A DNA stretch of 64,000 nt from a virus: the IMG/VR virus record IMGVR_UViG_3300021135_000003; one strand, written 5' to 3'. Shown in pieces: positions 56,800-64,000 of this stretch; positions within the stretch are counted from its first letter, which is position 1, and every line of letters begins with the position of its first letter. Below the pieces are notes generated by a model. The model saw nothing but the letters and a program-made list of their open reading frames with translations, had not been told where the DNA came from and ran no database searches. The translations under genes were made by a program, and so were the position numbers.

Positions 56800-57075
56800 A
56801 TGGATTTATTTAAATTGGTGGCGGAGGTTGGATTTCCCATTGCTGCAGCTGCTGCAGCTGGTTATTTCGTTTTCCTAACCCTTAAATTTATTTTAGCTGG
56901 CGTAACTTCCTCTGTTAAACAGATGGCTGGTATCATCATGGCATTAGATAAACGTGTTTCAGCCATGAACCACGATGTCATTCGAATTGATACTAAAGTA
57001 AGTCATGCACTCCATATTCCACCTGATTTAGATAGAATCGCTAGAGCAGAGCAATCTGATGCGAGGAGAGATTAA
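56800..57075 (+). CDS. Small membrane protein (paralog of 57449)
   Basis: GFPIAAA…TM…LD.R…M..D..R. Confidence 0.65.
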   Translation: MDLFKLVAEVGFPIAAAAAAGYFVFLTLKFILAGVTSSVKQMAGIIMALDKRVSAMNHDVIRIDTKVSHALHIPPDLDRIARAEQSDARRD

Positions 57076-57257
57076 TGACATTTACATTTACAATTACTGC
57101 TATGCAGTTATATACCGTAGGGTTTTTTAGTTTTATTGCTTTTCTCCTTTACCTTTATACTAAAGATAATGGAGATGATCACCTGACTCATATTAGACAT
57201 GATATTGAGATGAAAAAAGAATGGTTTAGAATGCTTGCTGAAAGGAACGCAAAATGA
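57075..57257 (+). CDS. Small membrane protein
   Basis: Single TM; coupled ORF. Confidence 0.5.
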   Translation: MTFTFTITAMQLYTVGFFSFIAFLLYLYTKDNGDDHLTHIRHDIEMKKEWFRMLAERNAK

Positions 57258-57442
57258 TTTACGTAGATTACAATTTTGATTTAAACGATAATGTTATTAT
57301 TTTTGATGCAGATTTAAAACTATCTGGTCAATCAAATGGAAATAAATGGGGCAATCTTCCAGAAGCATGGAAAGAAGGAGATATGTTTAAACTTGTAACT
57401 GGCGCAAATGGCAAAGTTGCTTTGTTAAGAACTAAAGAGTAA
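57254..57442 (+). CDS. Small hypothetical protein
   Basis: Coupled ORF; YVDY.FDL…WKEGD.F. Confidence 0.55.
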   Translation: MIYVDYNFDLNDNVIIFDADLKLSGQSNGNKWGNLPEAWKEGDMFKLVTGANGKVALLRTKE

Positions 57443-57448
57443 TAGAAA

Positions 57449-57730
57449 ATGGATTTAGTCTCATTAATTAATAAGTATGGATTTCCTATTGTTGCCGCAG
57501 GTGGCATGGGTTATTTGGTTTATTATGTTTGGAAATGGGTAACGACTGAGATTAAGCCAGTAACGACTGAAGCAAATAATGTATTGATCGCATTAATCGA
57601 TCGAATTAGAATGTTGGATAATGATCTTATCCGATTAAATCAAAAAGTGAATGTCATCCTTTCGTTGCGTGAACAGGGAAATTTAAAAGATGATTCACAA
57701 AAGAGTACTGTTAATAACACTGATAAGTAA
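57449..57730 (+). CDS. Small membrane protein (paralog of 56800)
   Basis: YGFPIVAA…TM…LIDRIRMLDND.IRL. Confidence 0.65.
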   Translation: MDLVSLINKYGFPIVAAGGMGYLVYYVWKWVTTEIKPVTTEANNVLIALIDRIRMLDNDLIRLNQKVNVILSLREQGNLKDDSQKSTVNNTDK

Positions 57731-58133
57731 TGTCGCAATTGCCACACCATTGCCAGATCAGTCATTTAAATCTCCATCCTTCAATGGCAATGGCTATTCA
57801 TCACACGTTCTTACAATAGAGAACCAAGAGTATACAAGACAACAACAAATAGTTAAAGATGCATTGGCAGCAGCCCAAGCAGCTGCCAATGCTCAACAAA
57901 ATACAAACATTGCTAAATTTTTAAATAATTTAGAATCTCGTATTTACGCTCAAATCTCTCAAAATTTGGCAACCGCAATGTTTGCCAATGGAGGTTCAAA
58001 TAGCGGAACATTAAACTTTGAAGGTAATTTAATTAGTTGGACTAAAGATAGTTCAAATGTATATCTTAGCGTAACAGATACATTAGGTAATGTTACAAAT
58101 GTTACAGTACCACTTGGGCAGTTTACTTTCTAA
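57690..58133 (+). CDS. csgF: Curli assembly protein CsgF-like
   Basis: Signal peptide, then F.SPSF.G.G…L..ENQ; F..NLESRIYAQ.S..L; directly upstream of csgG. Confidence 0.8.
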   Translation: MIHKRVLLITLISNVAIATPLPDQSFKSPSFNGNGYSSHVLTIENQEYTRQQQIVKDALAAAQAAANAQQNTNIAKFLNNLESRIYAQISQNLATAMFANGGSNSGTLNFEGNLISWTKDSSNVYLSVTDTLGNVTNVTVPLGQFTF

Positions 58134-59002
58134 TGAAAAAGTTAATTTTATTATCACTAATATTAATTCTTTCTGGTTGCGCTGTAATACAGAAAGCTGG
58201 CTATGAATATAAGCCAGAAGTAGCACCCAATAAACTTGAGAAAGAATTTGATGCTATTCCTGCGCCTGATGGTAAAAAAGTAACTGTCGCTGTTTATAGT
58301 TTTCAAGATAAAACTGGACAGCGTAAACCTACACCTGGAATTGCTAACTTATCCACTGCTGTGACGCAAGGTGGCGAAGTATTTTTAATTCGTGCTTTAC
58401 AAGATGTAGGTAAAGCGCAATGGTTTGATGTAGTTGAACGTGTTGCTGTAGATAATCTGACAAAGGAAAGAACAATCATTCGTCAGATGCGCGAAGCATA
58501 TGAAGGAAAAGAAGCAAAACCACTAATGCCACTTCAATTTGCTGGTTTAATTATGGAAGGTGGCATTATTGGTTATGATTCTGGTTCTGAATCTGGTGGT
58601 GCTGCTCATAGATTTTTAGGTATTGGTTCTCAAACTCAATACTCTAAAGATACGGTAACAGTATCATTAAGAGCAGTATCTGTAAATACTGGTAAAGTAT
58701 TAGTTGCAGTTACTGTAACTAAAATAGTTTATTCAACAGCAGATTCTGTAGCTGTATTAAAGTTTTTAAATAATGGAACAGAAGCATTTGAAGCTGAGGC
58801 AGGTTTAACAATTAATGAGCCAGGAACATTGGCAATAAAGGCAACGATTGAAGCAGCAGTAGTTGAATTAATTAAAGAAGGCGAACGAAGAGGAGTGTGG
58901 GATTATAAAAAGACCACACTATCGCTTCCAGTTATAATCCCTGATAAAAAATATGAAGGAAACGAAAACCAAAACAAAGAGAACCTAAAGGAGAAGAACT
59001 AA
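58133..59002 (+). CDS. csgG: Curli secretion channel CsgG-like lipoprotein
   Basis: Lipobox LSGC; VAVY.F.DKTGQRK…STAVTQG…WF.VVER…L.KER.IIR; EGGIIGYD; D.VTV.LR.VSV.TG; NEP…IE.AV. Confidence 0.92.
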   Translation: MKKLILLSLILILSGCAVIQKAGYEYKPEVAPNKLEKEFDAIPAPDGKKVTVAVYSFQDKTGQRKPTPGIANLSTAVTQGGEVFLIRALQDVGKAQWFDVVERVAVDNLTKERTIIRQMREAYEGKEAKPLMPLQFAGLIMEGGIIGYDSGSESGGAAHRFLGIGSQTQYSKDTVTVSLRAVSVNTGKVLVAVTVTKIVYSTADSVAVLKFLNNGTEAFEAEAGLTINEPGTLAIKATIEAAVVELIKEGERRGVWDYKKTTLSLPVIIPDKKYEGNENQNKENLKEKN

Positions 59003-59030
59003 GGAACGTAACTTAGTTCTAATAAAAAAG

Positions 59031-59837
59031 ATGGTTAAAAGAATGAAAGGAAACGGCGAATTTCCGAGAAAATTATTCGCAATTCTAGCATTGACTGCAA
59101 TGTCAATGTCGGGTTATGCTGCTGATAATAGCATTTATATTGATCAGTCTGGCGATAATAGTACGATTAATATTACCCAAGATGGTGCTGGTAACACGGT
59201 AAGAGGATTACCTGGAATTGGTACTAGTAGTCAAACTCCTGCAAAAATTTGGGGAGACAATAATACCGTAACTATCGATCAAATTGGTAGTGGCAACATG
59301 TTAAGGTTTGGTATTGATACTACTACAGGTGGAAATGGTACACCTAGCATTCGTTACAGCGTAACAGGTAATAATGCTGACGCAACAATTAAAAGTATGA
59401 ATCCAGGATCAACTAATGATAGTCCTATAATTGATGTTCAACAAGTTGGAAATTTTGCTTTCTTGAATATTAATCAAACAGGTGCTGGTCAAAATAATAG
59501 TATTACTGCATTGCAGAGTGGTGGTAATAATAACAGTTTAACTGTTAATCAAAGCAGTGATACTAATGCTACAGTTTCAGTTAATCAAACTGGTGGCGGT
59601 GGAAATACTACTACAATTAATCAAAGTCAGGGAACTAATTCTATTTCTTTAGTAACAGTTGGTGCATCTAACGCAACTACAATTAATCAAACTGGTGATA
59701 ACCAAGCTAGCATTAATATTACTGGTTCTAGTAATACAACTTCACTAACACAAACTAATGTAAGTGGTGGTAATAATATATTTAATTATACTGGTGTTGG
59801 TTCTGGAAATAGTGTAACAGTTTTACAGAACAAATAA
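59031..59837 (+). CDS. Curlin-repeat (CsgA/CsgB-like) secreted protein
   Basis: Signal peptide; many N-x-x-x-I/V-x-Q-x-G-x-x-N repeats; Asn/Gln/Gly/Thr-rich. Confidence 0.8.
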   Translation: MVKRMKGNGEFPRKLFAILALTAMSMSGYAADNSIYIDQSGDNSTINITQDGAGNTVRGLPGIGTSSQTPAKIWGDNNTVTIDQIGSGNMLRFGIDTTTGGNGTPSIRYSVTGNNADATIKSMNPGSTNDSPIIDVQQVGNFAFLNINQTGAGQNNSITALQSGGNNNSLTVNQSSDTNATVSVNQTGGGGNTTTINQSQGTNSISLVTVGASNATTINQTGDNQASINITGSSNTTSLTQTNVSGGNNIFNYTGVGSGNSVTVLQNK

Positions 59838-59838
59838 T

Positions 59839-60954
59839 ATGAAATATTTTATATTATGTTTATTTGTCGCTGGTCTTTCTAATTGCGGTAAGACGCATGC
59901 TGCTGTCGGAAAGATTACTGAACAAGTAAACTTACCTCCCTCAATCCAGAGAGATAAAGAAACACTCTCTGGTGCGAAAGGAACTGGTGTTGAAATGAAC
60001 GACGCAATTAAAACAACTCGTGGTAAAGTTGGTATCACATTTGCTGATGATACTAAAGTAGAGATAAACGAAAACTCTAGACTGGTCATTGATGACTTTG
60101 TCTACGATCCAAAAGCAAAGAGTGGTAAACTTGCAATGAAAGTTGCGCTGGGTACTGTTCGTTACGCATCTGGGCAAATCGCCCATAATAATAACCAAAA
60201 TGTAAATATCAATACACCAACTGCCACTGTTGCAGTTCGTGGTACAGACTTTACTGCTACAGTAGATGAAATTGGCGCTTCAACTGTTATTCTTCTTCCA
60301 ACATGTCCAGGAAATAGAATTCCTATCGATGTATCAAAAGATTGTTACACTGGAATTATTGATGTTATTACCGATGGCGGTATGGTAACACTCACCAAAC
60401 CATTTGAAGCAACAAAGGTATATGATCGTTCCATCGCTCCAATGAAACCAGTGGTTTTAAATTTATTAAATTTTGACATGTTAAACAATATGCTTATTGT
60501 TTCTCCACCAAAAGAAATTAAAAAACAAGAAGAACAAACAAAAGTTGTTTCAACTGGAGCATTGAGTGTTGACTTTTTAAAAGAAAACTCTCTTGTTAAT
60601 GCATTAGATGCTCAACAGAAAGATGCATTTCAAGATAAACTATCAAGAAATTTACTTGATCAAAACTTTCTCGCCAATGTCTTGGATATTATTAATGCTC
60701 AAATGGCAGCACAGTTAGACTTATTAAACAATAGTAAATCTGGTTTACTCCCAGATTATATCGCAACTAGCGGAGTTGTGGCTGAAGTTGATGATAACAA
60801 TGTAACTCTTTATAGAAATGATGGATCAAATACACAAAGTGTAATGGTTCCAAAAAATCAAAATTCTAAAATAATTCAGCAACAAGGTTCTGTTGAAATT
60901 ATAAACAGAGTCAACAATGGTGGAACAACTATAATTACTTTAAGGCAGAATTAA
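59839..60954 (+). CDS. Exported FecR-domain protein
   Basis: Signal peptide; D.I.T..G.V.I.F.DDT.V.I.ENS.L.ID.F.YDP…G..RY.SG…TPTA..AVRGTDF. Confidence 0.85.
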   Translation: MKYFILCLFVAGLSNCGKTHAAVGKITEQVNLPPSIQRDKETLSGAKGTGVEMNDAIKTTRGKVGITFADDTKVEINENSRLVIDDFVYDPKAKSGKLAMKVALGTVRYASGQIAHNNNQNVNINTPTATVAVRGTDFTATVDEIGASTVILLPTCPGNRIPIDVSKDCYTGIIDVITDGGMVTLTKPFEATKVYDRSIAPMKPVVLNLLNFDMLNNMLIVSPPKEIKKQEEQTKVVSTGALSVDFLKENSLVNALDAQQKDAFQDKLSRNLLDQNFLANVLDIINAQMAAQLDLLNNSKSGLLPDYIATSGVVAEVDDNNVTLYRNDGSNTQSVMVPKNQNSKIIQQQGSVEIINRVNNGGTTIITLRQN

Positions 60955-61541
60955 TGAAATTGTTTGTTTTTGCATTTTTTGTTGCTGTTTTTGGATTTTG
61001 TTCAAAAACAAAAGCAGCAGATGCAACTGTAAATATAAATCAAGTTGGTTCAAATAATGTAATTAATATTGAGCAGTATAATGCTGCCAATAATGCGTCA
61101 ATAAACCTTGGATCAATATCTCCAGTTGATAACACATACATAAATATAACACAAAGAGATTCTGGTGTAAAAACTGCCACTGTTGAAATCCCTTCTGGGA
61201 TAAACAATGGGGTTAGTATTTTACAACAAGGTGCTGGTAACCATACAGCAAATATTCAGAATTTAAATGGTTCTGGAAATAATATAAGTATTGATCAAAA
61301 TGGATCTGGAAATCATGAGTTCAATGTTATTGCTGGAAATGGAACTACAAATAATGGTAATACTATTAATGCAGTTCAGTCTGGTGGTGTTGGTGCAGAT
61401 AAGTGGTTTCAAGTTAATTTAAATGGAACTACTGGAGCAACAGTTAATGTGCAACAAACTAACCCTACTCAAGCACAACAGGGTTCAATGAATATCCAAT
61501 GTTCTACAGGTTGTGGTACTTGGTCATATATTAGAAACTAA
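60954..61541 (+). CDS. Second curlin-repeat secreted protein
   Basis: Signal peptide; INQVGSNN, ILQQGAGNH, IDQNGSGNH, VQSGG repeats; C-terminal CxxxC. Confidence 0.72.
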   Translation: MKLFVFAFFVAVFGFCSKTKAADATVNINQVGSNNVINIEQYNAANNASINLGSISPVDNTYINITQRDSGVKTATVEIPSGINNGVSILQQGAGNHTANIQNLNGSGNNISIDQNGSGNHEFNVIAGNGTTNNGNTINAVQSGGVGADKWFQVNLNGTTGATVNVQQTNPTQAQQGSMNIQCSTGCGTWSYIRN

Positions 61542-61567
61542 ATAGAAAACAACATAAAGGAAATGAA

Positions 61568-62386
61568 ATGAAATATATACTCTCGTTATTCTTAGTAATA
61601 ACATCCCTAACAGCCAACGCATGGACACAAAGACAACCAAACCCTGTTGCAGCATGCCAACCCCATGCGCCATATGGTTTCCCTCAGACAACTGGTGTAA
61701 CACCTATCTGTCGCCAAGCATATTTGGTAGGATATGATGCTGCAGCCAAATTACCAAAGTTTGTAACCTATGAACTTCTTCCTCAAAATGCTCTTGGCTG
61801 CGTTGCTAGGACTAATGCTTTCGCAGCTGATCAGTCTGTTGCTGGTGGCGCTGTACCTGCTGATTACGCAGGGACTGGTTATGATAAGGGTCACATGAGT
61901 CCAGATGGTGACTTATCTTGGGACACTCAAGTAGAGTTTGAATCATTCCTCATGACAAATATGTCTCCACAGGCTGGTTCATTAAATCGTGGAATTTGGA
62001 AATTACTTGAAACTTCAGTTCGTGGTTGGGCAGTTCAACGCAATCAATCATACACAATCTATGTAGGTGGTGTTTATAATCCACAAGACAAAAAAATTGG
62101 TAATGGTGTTATAGTTCCACATGGTTTCTACAAAATTGTTATTAATAATCAAACAGGTGAAGTTGCTGGCTGGGCATTCCCACACGTAGCTCCATATCCT
62201 AATCTTGGAAATGATTTAACTAAATTCCGTTTGCCAATCGCACAGATTGAACAAGCAGGTGGTGTTAAGTTTGCTTTCCCTGCAAACGCTAAAGAACTTG
62301 CTCCTGGAGCAGAATGGCCAGTGGACTTTGGTGCACTCACTAAAGCAAAACGTGCTAAGTGTGGTGCTAATGCTTCTGATGACTAA
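61568..62386 (+). CDS. Secreted DNA/RNA non-specific endonuclease (NucA/Serratia family)
   Basis: Signal peptide; YDKGHMSP (DRGH-type), F.MTNM.PQ…LNRG.W..LE..VR, VP..FYK. Confidence 0.9.
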   Translation: MKYILSLFLVITSLTANAWTQRQPNPVAACQPHAPYGFPQTTGVTPICRQAYLVGYDAAAKLPKFVTYELLPQNALGCVARTNAFAADQSVAGGAVPADYAGTGYDKGHMSPDGDLSWDTQVEFESFLMTNMSPQAGSLNRGIWKLLETSVRGWAVQRNQSYTIYVGGVYNPQDKKIGNGVIVPHGFYKIVINNQTGEVAGWAFPHVAPYPNLGNDLTKFRLPIAQIEQAGGVKFAFPANAKELAPGAEWPVDFGALTKAKRAKCGANASDD

Positions 62387-62418
62387 TTCGTGAAATACTT
62401 TCACACAAGGAGACTTAA

Positions 62419-62532
62419 ATGTTAGATACACTACTATGGATAGCAGTTGGTGCTTTTGTTGGTTGGAATTTCCCACAACCTTTTTGGGCTGTGGCAATCC
62501 AAGCAAAAATTAAATCAATGATCGCAAAATAA
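62419..62532 (+). CDS. 37-aa membrane micro-protein (not in ORF track)
   Basis: AAGGAG SD; MLDTLLWIAVGAFVGWNFPQPFWA. Confidence 0.6.
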   Translation: MLDTLLWIAVGAFVGWNFPQPFWAVAIQAKIKSMIAK

Positions 62533-62915
62533 TGGCTTACTCTGATCGAGTTATTGATCACTACGAGAACCCACGTAATGTGGGTTCTCTGGATAAAAAT
62601 GATCCATCAGTTGGTACTGGGATGGTTGGCGCACCAGCGTGCGGTGACGTGATGAAACTTCAAATTAAAGTAGAAGAAGGAATTATCACAGATGCCAAAT
62701 TCAAAACGTATGGTTGTGGCTCGGCTATTGCATCGAGTTCGCTTGTTACTGAATGGGTCAAAGGGAAAACACTTGCCCAAGCAGGACAAATTAAAAATAG
62801 CGAGATTGCTAATGAACTTGCCCTTCCGCCAGTTAAGATTCACTGCTCTATACTTGCGGAAGATGCGATTAAGGCAGCGATACACGACTATCAACTTAAA
62901 TGTGAATGTTCATGA
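62532..62915 (+). CDS. iscU: Fe-S cluster scaffold IscU
   Basis: [42 protein letters not shown]. Confidence 0.97.
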   Translation: MAYSDRVIDHYENPRNVGSLDKNDPSVGTGMVGAPACGDVMKLQIKVEEGIITDAKFKTYGCGSAIASSSLVTEWVKGKTLAQAGQIKNSEIANELALPPVKIHCSILAEDAIKAAIHDYQLKCECS

Positions 62916-63220
62916 TTAATTTAACAGAAACTGCAAAGAATCAAATATCAGAAGTTCTTTCTGATGGTAGTGGTAAATACGTAAGAGCATTTGTTCAAGG
63001 TGGTGGATGTTCTGGTTTTAATTACGGATTTACTATTGAAGAAGATAAAGAAGAAGATGATTTTGTAATTGAACAGCTTATCATCGATTCAATGAGTATG
63101 CAATATTTTGAGAACGCAACGATAGATTATACTAGCGACAAACTAAAAGGTTCACAGTTTGTTATCTCTAACCCTAATGCTAAATCCACTTGTGGATGCG
63201 GGAGTTCGTTCAGCGTATGA
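62912..63220 (+). CDS. iscA: A-type Fe-S carrier (IscA/ErpA)
   Basis: GGGCSGF.Y…[13 protein letters not shown]. Confidence 0.92.
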   Translation: MINLTETAKNQISEVLSDGSGKYVRAFVQGGGCSGFNYGFTIEEDKEEDDFVIEQLIIDSMSMQYFENATIDYTSDKLKGSQFVISNPNAKSTCGCGSSFSV

Positions 63221-63567
63221 AAAAACTTATAATCATAACAGTATTTTTATTGAATGGTTGTTCGCTCCTATCAGTAATTATGCCTATCGACCATGATCCA
63301 GTTATGTTTAATAACCTTGTTTCTGTTAAGATTGCAGTCGACAAATTAAACTGTGATGATAAAAACTGGAGCGATGCTGAATCAAAGTTACAGCAATTAA
63401 AATTGTATAGCGATTATCGTGGTGATCCTCAAGCAAAATCAATTGCTCAGTTAGATGAAGCAATCGGCAAAGCAAAGAAATCTGATAATAAACTATTTTG
63501 TGAAAGTATCCTTAAAATTAACAAAACTAGAATTGACGTCATTGCTGACGCATGGAAAGGAAGATAA
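63217..63567 (+). CDS. Lipoprotein
   Basis: Lipobox LNGC after a hydrophobic signal. Confidence 0.65.
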   Translation: MKKLIIITVFLLNGCSLLSVIMPIDHDPVMFNNLVSVKIAVDKLNCDDKNWSDAESKLQQLKLYSDYRGDPQAKSIAQLDEAIGKAKKSDNKLFCESILKINKTRIDVIADAWKGR

Positions 63568-63797
63568 TGATAGAAGAACTTAGAGAAGTTGCAGGTATGG
63601 GTGGTCCAGCTGCTGGTTTAGCAAATGAACTTTTAGTTTTACGTGAACAATATGAATCCGAACAATTGAGTAAAGATGAATATCAATTCCTCGTGCAACA
63701 AGTTTGGGAAGTAAAAGCTGCGCAAGAATTATCCTCTGACGAACAAGCATTCCGCTATATCGTTACTGCAGCGCAGGCAATGTATATGTTTGTGTAA
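63567..63797 (+). CDS. Hypothetical protein
   Basis: TAATG coupled on both sides. Confidence 0.55.
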   Translation: MIEELREVAGMGGPAAGLANELLVLREQYESEQLSKDEYQFLVQQVWEVKAAQELSSDEQAFRYIVTAAQAMYMFV

Positions 63798-64000
63798 TGA
63801 AAAAATTATTATCACCATGGATGGCACTAGTAACCCTAGTGCTCATGGTTTGTATTCGTTTAGCTGACCCATCTTTTGTAGAGTCAGTGCGACTTCGTTA
63901 CTTCGATCAATTAATAACATCAAAGGAGTCCACTGTATCAGAACAGGTGCATGTGGTAAATATAGACGATGAGTTTATTAAGCAAAAAGGACAGTTCCCG
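63797..64000 (+). CDS. CHASE2-domain membrane sensor, 5' part only (often an adenylate/guanylate cyclase)
   Basis: MKKLLSPWMALVTL…TM…DP.FVES.RLRYFD…V.VVNIDD..I…GQFP, a CHASE2 N-terminus; runs off the window. Confidence 0.75.
   Translation, partial: MKKLLSPWMALVTLVLMVCIRLADPSFVESVRLRYFDQLITSKESTVSEQVHVVNIDDEFIKQKGQFP

Noticed and set aside
489-62894. Numerous minus-strand and alternative-frame ORFs of 60-160 aa in the ORF track
   Set aside because: They overlap well-supported plus-strand genes, show no recognisable motifs, and are best explained as shadow ORFs.
1-64000. CRISPR array, tRNA or rRNA genes
   Set aside because: I saw no regularly spaced direct repeats or tRNA cloverleaf/T-loop signatures by eye; tRNAscan-SE and a CRISPR finder would be needed to exclude them formally.
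1-64000. Stop-codon reassignment
   Set aside because: Core genes are full-length in the standard code and use TAA, TGA and TAG as stops.
57690-64000. Host chromosomal contamination or a prophage boundary
   Set aside because: Same strand, composition, tight TAATG/ATGA coupling and late-promoter-like TAAATA motifs as the phage genes, with no integrase or att site; read mapping would confirm.

Overview
A 64-kb segment of a T4-like (Tevenvirinae/cyanomyovirus-type) myophage genome. It is AT-rich, and essentially all real genes lie on the + strand. The IscU, IscA and Hsp20 sequences look proteobacterial, suggesting an aquatic proteobacterial host (inference). The window carries the T4 core replication, recombination and late-transcription genes (uvsW, gp55, gp47, gp46, gp45, gp44, gp62, regA, gp30, dexA, gp43, uvsX, gp41, gp61, nrdA, nrdB). 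These are interspersed with accessory redox enzymes: about seven small 2OG-Fe(II) oxygenases, a flavin halogenase and a B12 radical SAM enzyme. Three accessory systems stand out. (1) A DNA base-hypermodification cluster at 31.0-37.9 kb (TET/JBP dioxygenase, class II glutamine amidotransferase, amidoligase, GNAT, amino acid:DNA transferase, P-loop kinase). Its TET/JBP enzyme ends in the same SSLEDFF clamp-binding peptide as the DNA polymerase, and the thyX gene in this window is only an N-terminal stub. (2) A late cluster at 38.6-46.4 kb of mostly His-rich proteins carrying T4-type capsid-targeting leaders, including a ligase-fold enzyme, two TxGH nucleotidyltransferases, a possible nuclease and an apparent polyprotein. 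(3) A curli-like envelope module at 56.8-64 kb (CsgF, CsgG, two curlin-repeat proteins, FecR protein, secreted nuclease, CHASE2 sensor). Regulatory features include three repeated early-promoter cassettes with IHF-consensus boxes, an antisense promoter upstream of gp55 and a ROSE-like thermometer before hsp20. All family assignments come from motif recognition by eye; no database search was run.
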